A stretch of DNA of 62,912 nt, the filler included. It is 5 parts of 5 records of this genome, joined end to end, with 100 filler letters (N's around TTAATTAATTAA, not from the genome) between each part and the next. Parts side by side here need not be neighbours in the genome. Positions count along the whole stretch, not along the records: positions 21,785 to 44,376 come from SRR22947725_1898; 4 more parts are not named here. One strand, written 5' to 3'. The notes under the pieces were generated by a model, which saw only the letters and a list, made by a program, of their open reading frames with translations, did not search any database and had not been told where the DNA came from. Numbering within the stretch: position 1 is the first letter of the stretch; every line of letters starts with the position of its first letter. Positions 29,211 to 38,650 of the stretch are shown in pieces. A program made the translations under genes and the position numbers.

Positions 29211-30530
29211 TTATTTAATAAATGGAATTTCTATTATTTTAGTTTGCCTATTATTAACATATCTAAATCCATTTTCTCCAAAAAATCCAGCTTCTTCTAA
29301 CATGATTTTAATATCTCTTTTCCATTCAGAAATAAAAGTGGTAATATTGAGCTCAATTGCATATACAGTATTATAGTTTAACTTGTAATCACCTGCTCCT
29401 TTTACCCCTTGTTGAGAATCCCACATTCCAATAGTAGGTCCAGAGGAATGACCATAAGAACCTAACGGGTGAGTATAGATAGATGGTCTTAGTCCAATAT
29501 TCTTTGCATTGTTCAATGAATTAAGAAGAATATCATTTCCAGAGACTTTGTGTTTAAAATTATTGGTCAGAATATCTTGTAATTGATTTCCCATTTTAAA
29601 AGCATTTGTTAAAAAATTAGGGATATTACTATCAGATTCTTTCATAACATAAGCCAAACGCTGACAGTCTGAATTTAACCTTAAGTAAGTTATTCCAAAG
29701 TCACAATGAAGCAAATCACCGTAATTAATAATTTTATCAGTAGGTCTATCTGAAAAAGAATTTAAATGGTCTTTTTGAAACTCGCTGTTTCTCTGTATAT
29801 CTACAGTTGGATGAAACCAAGTGTCTAACCCAAGTTCTGTTACTTTTTGTCTCATCCACCATTCAATGTCAGTAGTGGTTGTTAATCCTGGTTTTATTAC
29901 TGAATTTGAAAAAGCTTCTGAAATAATATTATGAGTAATGGATATTACATCTTCATATAATTCCATCTCATATGCAGTTCTTGTTTCTATCCATAAATTA
30001 GATAATGTTTCAGCGCTGACAATTTTATTTTTATAATTTGATGGTAGCACTTCCATAAATTCATCAAAGTCAGTTTTATCTAAGCCATCAGAAATATTAA
30101 AATCTTTAGAGAAATTTAAGCCTATTTTTTCAGGATTACGTTCTTCAATTAACTCAACTAACCTTTTCCATTGAATTGGTTGCGTTTCCTTGTCCCATGC
30201 TGAAACTATATTATCTCCAAAATTATATCTTGCTACTGCTAGTTTATCAATTGTATTGTTTTTTTTATTTCTGTAAAAAAGTATGATGGTTCTTCTTCTT
30301 GCATTCAACCATTCAGCAGGTAACATTGTTTTTAAAACTGGATCTTCATTATATTCTCTAGAAATTAAAATCCACATATCTATATCAGATTGATCCATTA
30401 AATCTGGTAAAAGATTATTTAATCGGTCTTTCAAAACAGTATTGACAACTTCAGCTCTATTTTTTTCGGATAATATTTCTTGAGAAAATATATTTGTTGT
30501 AATTAAAAATGCTATAATTAGTTTATACAT
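29211..30530 (-). CDS. M24 family (Xaa-Pro) metallopeptidase, secreted
   Basis: HCDFG, SDCQ, YTHPLGSYGH, AIE, LEE metal-ligand pattern. Confidence 0.85.
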   Translation of the reverse strand: MYKLIIAFLITTNIFSQEILSEKNRAEVVNTVLKDRLNNLLPDLMDQSDIDMWILISREYNEDPVLKTMLPAEWLNARRRTIILFYRNKKNNTIDKLAVARYNFGDNIVSAWDKETQPIQWKRLVELIEERNPEKIGLNFSKDFNISDGLDKTDFDEFMEVLPSNYKNKIVSAETLSNLWIETRTAYEMELYEDVISITHNIISEAFSNSVIKPGLTTTTDIEWWMRQKVTELGLDTWFHPTVDIQRNSEFQKDHLNSFSDRPTDKIINYGDLLHCDFGITYLRLNSDCQRLAYVMKESDSNIPNFLTNAFKMGNQLQDILTNNFKHKVSGNDILLNSLNNAKNIGLRPSIYTHPLGSYGHSSGPTIGMWDSQQGVKGAGDYKLNYNTVYAIELNITTFISEWKRDIKIMLEEAGFFGENGFRYVNNRQTKIIEIPFIK

Positions 30531-30536
30531 AATTCT

Positions 30537-31586
30537 TTATTTTATGGTTAATTTGGTATTAATTCTATCGATTTTTTTTGATTTAGTGTAAATGAATTTA
30601 TTGATAAAATAAACTTCTTTTGGCTTTTCAAATTTGTTTAAAGAATTAAAAATACTCTCATTAAATTTATATTTTTTAGATTCAATTATAAGTATTAATT
30701 TTTCTCCCAATACATCATCTTTTAATGAAGATATAATATAATTTTTAGAAATATATTTAGAGAGTTTCCTTTCTATATCTTCAGGGCTTAATTTAACCCC
30801 ACCTGAGTTAATAACATTATCTGCTCTACCAATTAAATGAAACTCATTATTAGATTTAATTTTTACGATATCATTTGTGATTATTTTATTTTTAGTAATT
30901 GACGGAACGTTTATTACTAAACAGTTATTTAAATCTGTTGATATACTAACACCATTTAAAACTTTAAAGTGGTTTGATATAGAATCATTTTTAGAAACTC
31001 TCTTTACGGCTATGTGAGTGGCTGTTTCAGTCATTCCGTATGTTTCATAATAAGTATCAATTTTGGATAAAATATTTGAACTTAAAGAATCAGAGACTTT
31101 AGAACCACCAAGAATAAGTTTATTTATATATTTAAGTTTATTGATTGAATTACCAGCTTGCATTGGTGTCATTGCTGAGAAAAAATAATTTTTATTAATA
31201 AATTTAGAAGGATTGGATGTTGGCTTATTTAGTTGTAGATTTAAACCAATAACCATAGCTCTAACTAACATCATCTTGCCAGCAATAAAGTTCATTGGTA
31301 AAAAAGAAATAGCTGAATATCCAGGTTTTAGATTAAAGTAATCTTTAGTTAGATTCACTGAATTCAAAAGTGAGATTTTTTCAAGCTTAATAACTTTAGG
31401 CTCACCAGTTGATCCAGATGTTTTACATAGGATAAAAGGTTCTTGATTAAAAACTTCTAAAATAAAATTAGATAGATCAATTAAATCAATATTATTAATT
31501 TCGATATTTTTTAATGCAAATTTTACTAATTCTTTCCTATTATAATGGTTAGAATTTAATTTAAAATTTTTATTAATAGTTATCAT
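30537..31586 (-). CDS. menE: o-succinylbenzoate-CoA ligase (AMP-binding protein)
   Basis: TSGSTGEPK, TYGMTET, GRADNVINSGG; near the men cluster. Confidence 0.85.
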   Translation of the reverse strand: MITINKNFKLNSNHYNRKELVKFALKNIEINNIDLIDLSNFILEVFNQEPFILCKTSGSTGEPKVIKLEKISLLNSVNLTKDYFNLKPGYSAISFLPMNFIAGKMMLVRAMVIGLNLQLNKPTSNPSKFINKNYFFSAMTPMQAGNSINKLKYINKLILGGSKVSDSLSSNILSKIDTYYETYGMTETATHIAVKRVSKNDSISNHFKVLNGVSISTDLNNCLVINVPSITKNKIITNDIVKIKSNNEFHLIGRADNVINSGGVKLSPEDIERKLSKYISKNYIISSLKDDVLGEKLILIIESKKYKFNESIFNSLNKFEKPKEVYFINKFIYTKSKKIDRINTKLTIK

Positions 31587-31691
31587 AATTACAAATATAC
31601 AATACGTTAAATTTATAAATATTTTAACTCTGTGTATAATTATTATAAATATATTTGAATCATATTATTTCAAATAAAATTATTAAAATAG

Positions 31692-33674
31692 ATGATTAAA
31701 AAATCTCTCCTAACAATATTAATTCTAATAAAGACTTTCAGCTATGCTCAATTTTACAAGACATATAAATGGTCTGAAAATACTGTTAATGTACAACAAA
31801 TTGATTCTAGCTTTCAAGAATCATCGATAGGTCTTTTAAATAAATATATTGTCGAATTTAAAGAATCAAATGACAGTTTAAATAATTCATTTGAAAAATT
31901 TCTTACCAGACATACAATTATAAAAATTCTAGATCAAGATGGAGCTAAATATCATAACATTATATACATACCTATGTATAATTCAGATTATTTAGTTGAT
32001 TTAAAGTTAAGAACAATAGATAGTTCAGGAACTGTGGTCAATTTAGAAAATTCAAATCTTACAGAACTTGATAACAAAGAATTTAATAAGAATTTTAAAA
32101 TTTATCAATTACCTGAATTACAGAAAAACTCAATTCTTGAATATATTTACACCACCAAAGAAAGAAATGAAATTCATGGCAGTCAGATATTACAGGAGGA
32201 GTATTTTAATACTAAAACGGAATTTATTTTAATCCCAAATAATTTTAAGTCAAAAGTTAAATCTTACAACACTAATGAAGTTTTTAACTTAGATTTAATT
32301 AATAATATTAAGGTCAAGAAAATTACAATTAACAATTTAAAAGCTATAGATAATGAGCAGTATTCAACACTTCAAGCCAATAGAGTCAACATTAGTTATC
32401 AATGCTATTTAGCTGATAAAGTAACTCCACAAAATGAATTTTGGAAAAATATAACCAATAGCATACACACCATAGCATTTCCAAAGAAATTCTCTAAAGA
32501 ATTGATTGAGCTTAATCAACTGATTTTTAAAGATCTTAAACAAACAAAATCAAATCTTGGACATAAAGACAAAAGTCTTTACACATTTAAGAAAATTAAT
32601 TTAATTGATAACTATATTAAAAATAATTTTATAGTTCAAGATAACAGTAGTGCTGAGTTCTCTCGTTTAGATTATATTTTAAAAAACAAAAAAGGTAGTA
32701 ATATTGGAATAGTTCAATTATACTCTAGTCTTTTATTGTATAATAATTTAGATTATGAACTATTAATAACTTCCAATAGATATTTCAATAAATTTGATCC
32801 AGAATTTTTTAATCCAGATAATTTAAGAGAAATTTTATTTTATTTACCTGAAATAAAAAAATATATTATCCCTGATAGAAGCGAATATAGAGTTGGAGAA
32901 GCCCCATTTAATGTTTTAGGTAATTATGGAATTTATATTGATAAAAATAAAGACTATTATTTCAGTACAATAATTGAAGATAACAAAAGATTTAGTACTA
33001 TCAATAGAGAAATAAATGTTGAATTTAAAAAAATGAAAGAAGTAGTAATTAATGAAACTCAAAAATTTACAGGTCATTGGGCAATAACTAATAGAGCTAT
33101 GTTAAATTTATCAAATAATCTCAATTCAAATGAGTTAATAGATTATTTAACTACTTCAGGTTTAAAAGGAAAAAAAATAATTGAATATTCTGTAAGTAAT
33201 AAAGATATTTATCAACCAATTTATAATAATCCATTTATAGTTAAATCTATAATTTCCACAGACAGCTTACTTAAAAAACAAAATCCTAATAATAAAAAAA
33301 CTAAAATATATGTGTTTAATTTAGGTAGTGTAATAGGAACACAAAGTGAATTATATAGCAATAAAAAAAGAATAAATTCTATTGAAATTAGATATCCTAA
33401 TTATTACGATTATAAAATTTCTGTAAAAATACCTCGTGGATACAAAATTGAAGGAGTTGAAAATATAAATATTAACGAAAATTACATTTCTAATGGAGAT
33501 ATAATTGCAAAATTTGAATCAAACTACAGTATTGAAGGTAATAAACTAAATATTTCTATACAAGAGTTCTATAAATCATTAAACTATAGTAAATCTAAGT
33601 ATAATGATTTTAGAAAAGTCATAAATGCAGCAGCTGACTTTAATAAATTAAATATTGTCTTTGTTAGAAAATAA
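31692..33674 (+). CDS. DUF3857/transglutaminase-like secreted protein
   Basis: Signal peptide, SILEYIYT, C-terminal IPRGY...YNDFRKVINAAADFNK pattern resembling Bacteroidota DUF3857 proteins (recognised by eye). Confidence 0.65.
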   Translation: MIKKSLLTILILIKTFSYAQFYKTYKWSENTVNVQQIDSSFQESSIGLLNKYIVEFKESNDSLNNSFEKFLTRHTIIKILDQDGAKYHNIIYIPMYNSDYLVDLKLRTIDSSGTVVNLENSNLTELDNKEFNKNFKIYQLPELQKNSILEYIYTTKERNEIHGSQILQEEYFNTKTEFILIPNNFKSKVKSYNTNEVFNLDLINNIKVKKITINNLKAIDNEQYSTLQANRVNISYQCYLADKVTPQNEFWKNITNSIHTIAFPKKFSKELIELNQLIFKDLKQTKSNLGHKDKSLYTFKKINLIDNYIKNNFIVQDNSSAEFSRLDYILKNKKGSNIGIVQLYSSLLLYNNLDYELLITSNRYFNKFDPEFFNPDNLREILFYLPEIKKYIIPDRSEYRVGEAPFNVLGNYGIYIDKNKDYYFSTIIEDNKRFSTINREINVEFKKMKEVVINETQKFTGHWAITNRAMLNLSNNLNSNELIDYLTTSGLKGKKIIEYSVSNKDIYQPIYNNPFIVKSIISTDSLLKKQNPNNKKTKIYVFNLGSVIGTQSELYSNKKRINSIEIRYPNYYDYKISVKIPRGYKIEGVENININENYISNGDIIAKFESNYSIEGNKLNISIQEFYKSLNYSKSKYNDFRKVINAAADFNKLNIVFVRK

Positions 33675-34034
33675 TTTCAATAAACTTATTACCCAGTAAA
33701 TTAATATGAATTGAATAATAATTCTCATTAATAATAATGATTTGTTTAAAAGCATATTTTCACTAACCTGAAAAGTAAACAGCATGTCAAAGTGGACGAC
33801 AAAAAATAAAAACAATAAACCTACAAGCAAATACACTCCTGTTTTGCGAGTCTGATTGAATAATATTAATAATCCTCCAAGAATCTCCAAAACCCCGCTT
33901 AAATCAACTAAAAACTGCTTAAAAGGAATAAATGAAGGGGTTATTTTGATATAGAATTGTGGATTAGTAAAATGAGCTACGCCAGCGTAAATAAATATAA
34001 TTGATATTAGATATAGATTTATATACTTTTTCAA
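33648..34034 (-). CDS. DoxX-like membrane protein
   Basis: AGVAHF..P..Y...P and SGVLEILGG motifs; about four TM segments. Confidence 0.75.
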   Translation of the reverse strand: MKKYINLYLISIIFIYAGVAHFTNPQFYIKITPSFIPFKQFLVDLSGVLEILGGLLILFNQTRKTGVYLLVGLLFLFFVVHFDMLFTFQVSENMLLNKSLLLMRIIIQFILIYWVISLLKLFSNKDNI

Positions 34035-34987
34035 GCCTCATCTGTAGTTGAAATTTCCCTAACAGGGCCAGCTAACTTATCATACCAATTATTCCAATTA
34101 TATATCTTTGAAAAGATTAAAAGTAAGATTGGAAATATTACAAAAACTGGAACTATAATTTCATTAACACCCATAGAAGCAGGATCAGCTATTGATTTAT
34201 ATACAGAATGAGTTTGAAAAGCAGTCCAATCTGCTGTTACCAAAAGAGCTGTAAATAAATTATTAGCAGCATGAAAACCTAAAGCTAACTCCATTCCTTC
34301 ATCCATTAATGTTATTATTCCTAAAAAGAATCCTGTACCTATATAATATATCATAATTATATTACCCAGTTTATCAACTTCTGGATTTGAAAGATGCAAT
34401 AAACCAAAAGCAACAGATGTAATAATTAGTGGCACAAATTTATTTCTAACTAAATTTCCAATTCCTTGCATAAAATAACCTCTAAACATATACTCTTCAA
34501 AACTAGTTTGTAATGGAACTAAAAGAATGGCTATAGCAGCTAGAATAATAAATCGATCAAATTCAAAATTATATACATAATCTTCTGGAGACATAGAAAT
34601 ATCAATGAGTGTCATAGAAGTAGAAATAAATCCCCATAGTAAAAATGCCAAAAACACTCTTTTCCAATCAATTTTAGATCTTGATGTAGTAAGGTTAGTG
34701 ATGGTTTGTTTGTGTAATAATCTTACAGCTATATATAAAAATATCAACCCACCTGTAAAGGGCAATAGAATATACAGGAAATTTAAATTGGGTTCAAACA
34801 TACCCATAAGATATGCAGTATCGTTGGCAGCAATTTTATCCATATCTACATCACCAGTAGCAATTTTGGCTATTAGTGCTGCTCCATGAGGAATTGAAAA
34901 TACAAAAACACCGGAAACAGCTATAACTAAACCAATTAAATATCTCCACCAATCACTTAAATTTTTTTGAACTTGTTCTATATACAT
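34031..34987 (-). CDS. CPBP (Abi/CAAX) family intramembrane metalloprotease
   Basis: EEYMFRG, FGLLH, HAANN motifs. Confidence 0.9.
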   Translation of the reverse strand: MYIEQVQKNLSDWWRYLIGLVIAVSGVFVFSIPHGAALIAKIATGDVDMDKIAANDTAYLMGMFEPNLNFLYILLPFTGGLIFLYIAVRLLHKQTITNLTTSRSKIDWKRVFLAFLLWGFISTSMTLIDISMSPEDYVYNFEFDRFIILAAIAILLVPLQTSFEEYMFRGYFMQGIGNLVRNKFVPLIITSVAFGLLHLSNPEVDKLGNIIMIYYIGTGFFLGIITLMDEGMELALGFHAANNLFTALLVTADWTAFQTHSVYKSIADPASMGVNEIIVPVFVIFPILLLIFSKIYNWNNWYDKLAGPVREISTTDEA

Positions 34988-34990
34988 AAT

Positions 34991-36022
34991 CTAAATTTTT
35001 AAATTCCAGTTATTGTTTTTATCGTAATGCAATTTAGCATTTTTTATGCTTAGTGGAGATGAAAAATTATTAGAATATAGTGACCCTGTACCTAAACCCT
35101 GTGGTAATGAGGGGTTTAGAGTATAAACCCATTGGGATATAGCACTTAAACCGATATTACTCTCCAATGCACTCGTGACCCAATACTTTGTGTTTTTTGG
35201 TAATATGTTGATCCACTCCATTGAAGATCTAAAACCACCTATTAAACTGGGTTTAAGAATTATATATTGTGGTTTAATGTCTACTATTAATTTAATTTTA
35301 TTTTTAATAGTGTTAATGCCTATTAATTCTTCATCTAAAGCAATAGGGATGGGTGAACTAAGGCATAATTTAGACATTTGTTTAATCTGACCTGGTTTAA
35401 TGGGCTGTTCGATAGAGTGAATATTTAATTCTGAGAGTTTATTTAAAACCTTCAAAGATTCTTTATAAGAATATGCTCCATTAGCATCAAGTCTAATTTC
35501 AAGCTCAGAAGGAGAATACTTGTCTCTAATACTTTTTAGCAAAGAATACTCTTTGTCAAAATCTAAAGCACCTATTTTAAGTTTTAAACATTTGTAACCC
35601 TCTGAAAGTTTTAAGTCAACCTGACTCTTCATAAAGTCTATATCACCCATCCAAACCAAACCATTGATTGGTATACTAGTTTTTCCATTTGTAAAATCTG
35701 ACGGAAACAAAACATTCTCTTTTTCTGAATCAACTGCCTTTAAAGCCATCTCTAGTCCAAATGCTAGAGCTGGAAAATCAATTAGTTCATTAAATAAGTA
35801 AGAAGGTGAATTATTAATATTTGAACAAATCCAGTCCAATTTAGATTCAATTTTTGAAGAATCATCAATACTTAGTCCATCAATTATACTACACTCACCT
35901 ACTCCAACTTTTGAATTATTTTTTAAAAATAAAAACCAGGAATATTTTTCATGTAAAATTCCTCTAGATGTTCCCCCAGGGATTTTAAATAAAAATTTGT
36001 ATTTCTTATAAAATGCTACCAT
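34991..36022 (-). CDS. menC: o-succinylbenzoate synthase
   Basis: KLKIG, RLDANG, IEQP, ALDEE, LKP (enolase superfamily); men cluster. Confidence 0.9.
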   Translation of the reverse strand: MVAFYKKYKFLFKIPGGTSRGILHEKYSWFLFLKNNSKVGVGECSIIDGLSIDDSSKIESKLDWICSNINNSPSYLFNELIDFPALAFGLEMALKAVDSEKENVLFPSDFTNGKTSIPINGLVWMGDIDFMKSQVDLKLSEGYKCLKLKIGALDFDKEYSLLKSIRDKYSPSELEIRLDANGAYSYKESLKVLNKLSELNIHSIEQPIKPGQIKQMSKLCLSSPIPIALDEELIGINTIKNKIKLIVDIKPQYIILKPSLIGGFRSSMEWINILPKNTKYWVTSALESNIGLSAISQWVYTLNPSLPQGLGTGSLYSNNFSSPLSIKNAKLHYDKNNNWNLKI

Positions 36023-36033
36023 TAATAATAAAA

Positions 36034-36936
36034 CTATATTATAATAATTAATGAATGAATAACTGAAAAAAGAAATGTCGAGATTGCAACTTTTTTTAAT
36101 TCATCATTATATTCACCAGGTTTTGTTATAGAATAAACTTTTTTCAGATGAAGAATAATTGGGATATAAGAAATAATAACAATTAAACTGAGAGGTTTAT
36201 AATAAAAAAATAAGATAAATAGTAAAGAAAATACAATGGAACTAATTAAAATTAAAAAATGATATTTTTTTGAATTAGCAAAACCTAATTTTCCAGCAAT
36301 AGTAATTTTATTAGATACCTTGTCTGAAACCAAATCTCTCATATTATTTAAATTAATTACAGCTACACTTAAAAGTCCAATAGATAAGGATGGTAATATT
36401 ATATTAATCTCTAAATTCTTTGCGAATAAATAGTATGAACCCATAACACTTAAAAACCCAAAAAATAATAGTACGAAAAGGTCTCCTAAAGCATAATAGC
36501 CATATGCTTTATTACCTACTGTATATTTTATAGCTGAGTAAATACTGATAATTCCTAAAGTAAAAAAAGCAAGAAGATTTAAATATTCATTAGTACCGAA
36601 AGAAAAATACAATAATGTTGTAATGAGTATTATTAGTATTAAAACATTAATTATTATAGCATATTTCATCTGTTGAGGAGAAATTAAGCCACTTTGAATT
36701 GCTCTTTCAGGTCCTATCCTATTGCTATTATCTGTCCCCTTAACTCCATCTCCATAATCATTTGCAAGGTTAGATAGTATTTGTAAAGAAATAGTAGTTA
36801 ATAAAGCAAATACAAAAATAGTGGTGTTAAAGAATTGGTTTGAATATGCTAAAGCGCTGCCTAATATAATACCCGAAATTGATAAAGGAAGAGTTCTTAA
36901 TCTAAAACTTGATATCCATACTTTAAAATTAGTCAT
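36034..36936 (-). CDS. menA: 1,4-dihydroxy-2-naphthoate polyprenyltransferase
   Basis: RLRTLP, NDYGD..KGTD, NNMRD..SD (UbiA family). Confidence 0.94.
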   Translation of the reverse strand: MTNFKVWISSFRLRTLPLSISGIILGSALAYSNQFFNTTIFVFALLTTISLQILSNLANDYGDGVKGTDNSNRIGPERAIQSGLISPQQMKYAIIINVLILIILITTLLYFSFGTNEYLNLLAFFTLGIISIYSAIKYTVGNKAYGYYALGDLFVLLFFGFLSVMGSYYLFAKNLEINIILPSLSIGLLSVAVINLNNMRDLVSDKVSNKITIAGKLGFANSKKYHFLILISSIVFSLLFILFFYYKPLSLIVIISYIPIILHLKKVYSITKPGEYNDELKKVAISTFLFSVIHSLIIII

Positions 36937-36940
36937 AAGC

Positions 36941-37780
36941 TTAAGGAATCCATTTCTTATTGAAATTTGGTGGTCTTTTTTCTAGAAAAGCATCTCTACC
37001 TTCTTTAGCTTCATCTGTCATATATGCTAATCTAGTTGCTTCACCTGCAAAAACTTGTTGACCAACCATACCGTCATCAGTCAGATTCATGGCAAACTTT
37101 AACATTTTAATTGATGTCGGAGATTTTTTTAATATTTCTTGAGCCCATTGATAAGCTGTAGATTCTAATTCATCATGATTAACGACAGTATTAACCATTC
37201 CCATTTCAAGAGCTTCAGTTGCAGAATAGCTTTTTCCTAAGAAAAAGATTTCTCTTGCTTTTTTTTGCCCAACCATTTTAGCTAAGTAAGCTGAACCGTA
37301 CCCACCATCAAAACTAGTAACATCAGCATCGGTTTGTTTGAAAATAGCATGTTCTTTACTTGCAATTGATAAATCACAAACTACATGTAAACTATGACCT
37401 CCACCAACTGCCCAGCCTGGAATAACAGCAATAACTACTTTAGGCATCATTCTTATTAGACGTTGAACTTCTAAAATATTTAATCTATGATATCCATCTT
37501 CTCCAACATAACCTTGTTTACCTCTTGCTTTTTGATCTCCACCACTACAAAATGAATAAACTCCATCCTTTGAAGAAGGTCCTTCTGCACTCAATAAAAC
37601 TACTCCAATTGATGTATCTTCTTGTGCATCATACATTGCATCGTAAAGTTCAGAAGTTGTTTGAGGTCTAAAGGCATTTCTTACATCTGGTCTATTAAAT
37701 GCTATTCTAGCGACGCCACATGATTTGTTATATGTAATGTCTTTGTAGTTGTTTTGCTTAATCCAATTAATTTTATCCAT
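36941..37780 (-). CDS. menB: 1,4-dihydroxy-2-naphthoyl-CoA synthase
   Basis: RNAFRP, FCSGGDQ, AVGGGH, SFDGGYG. Confidence 0.97.
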   Translation of the reverse strand: MDKINWIKQNNYKDITYNKSCGVARIAFNRPDVRNAFRPQTTSELYDAMYDAQEDTSIGVVLLSAEGPSSKDGVYSFCSGGDQKARGKQGYVGEDGYHRLNILEVQRLIRMMPKVVIAVIPGWAVGGGHSLHVVCDLSIASKEHAIFKQTDADVTSFDGGYGSAYLAKMVGQKKAREIFFLGKSYSATEALEMGMVNTVVNHDELESTAYQWAQEILKKSPTSIKMLKFAMNLTDDGMVGQQVFAGEATRLAYMTDEAKEGRDAFLEKRPPNFNKKWIP

Positions 37781-37786
37781 TATAAT

Positions 37787-38623
37787 TTATTTATGATTTA
37801 AATGAATACCATCATCCTTTATAATAATTAGTTTTTGTTTATATAAACCACCTAAAGCTTTTTTAAATGATTTTTTACTCATTTGAAATGTATTTTTAAT
37901 TATCTCGGGTGAAGATTTATCATTAATAGCAATAAAACCATCAGAATCAGTAATTTTTTCTAATATAAGATTAGAGTTAGGTTCAATATTTCTATAACCT
38001 ATATGGCCTAGAGAAATATCTAATTTGTTATTTGGGTGAACCTTTTTGACAACTCCTTTAAGTTTGTCACCAACTGAAATATCTTTAAAGATATTATTGC
38101 TAAATATTAAACCTGAATGAATATTATTTACAATTACATTCATTCCTAATTCAGAGGGATGAGATATAATCAGATCAACTTCATCAAATTGTTCGACAGT
38201 TAGTGTTTTATTGTCTAAAAACCTATTTGTTTTACTGGACGCAAGTAGTCTATTAGTTTCATCATCTAAATAACAATGAACTAAGTACCAGTCACCTTTT
38301 TTCATTTTAAAAGCCATTTCTTTAAATGGACAAAATAATTCTTTCACTAAACCCCAATCTAAAAAGGCACCAAAATTTGTAACTTCATTACATCGTAATA
38401 AAGCAAATTTATTCCTTTGTATGTAAGGAACATCTGTTACGGAAACTATTCGTTCTTCATTATCTAAATAAACAAATACATCTATAAAATCGTCAATTTC
38501 ATAACTTTCAGGAACATATCTATTTGGTAATAAAACTTCGTTATCCTCTTCATCACCCAAAAAAAGACCAGGAGGAGTATGACGAAGAATTTTTAAATTA
38601 TTAATTACACCTAATTCTATCAT
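37787..38623 (-). CDS. CvfB-like S1 RNA-binding domain protein
   Basis: VLLP, VFVYLD, GAFLDWG, SKKSFKKALGGLYK motifs. Confidence 0.88.
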   Translation of the reverse strand: MIELGVINNLKILRHTPPGLFLGDEEDNEVLLPNRYVPESYEIDDFIDVFVYLDNEERIVSVTDVPYIQRNKFALLRCNEVTNFGAFLDWGLVKELFCPFKEMAFKMKKGDWYLVHCYLDDETNRLLASSKTNRFLDNKTLTVEQFDEVDLIISHPSELGMNVIVNNIHSGLIFSNNIFKDISVGDKLKGVVKKVHPNNKLDISLGHIGYRNIEPNSNLILEKITDSDGFIAINDKSSPEIIKNTFQMSKKSFKKALGGLYKQKLIIIKDDGIHLNHK

Positions 38624-38650
38624 ACTTCAAAGGTACAAATATTAGAATTC

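Noticed and set aside
34031..34987. Abi-family protein as phage defence
   Set aside because: It is a CPBP intramembrane protease in a housekeeping men context, unrelated to abortive-infection systems.
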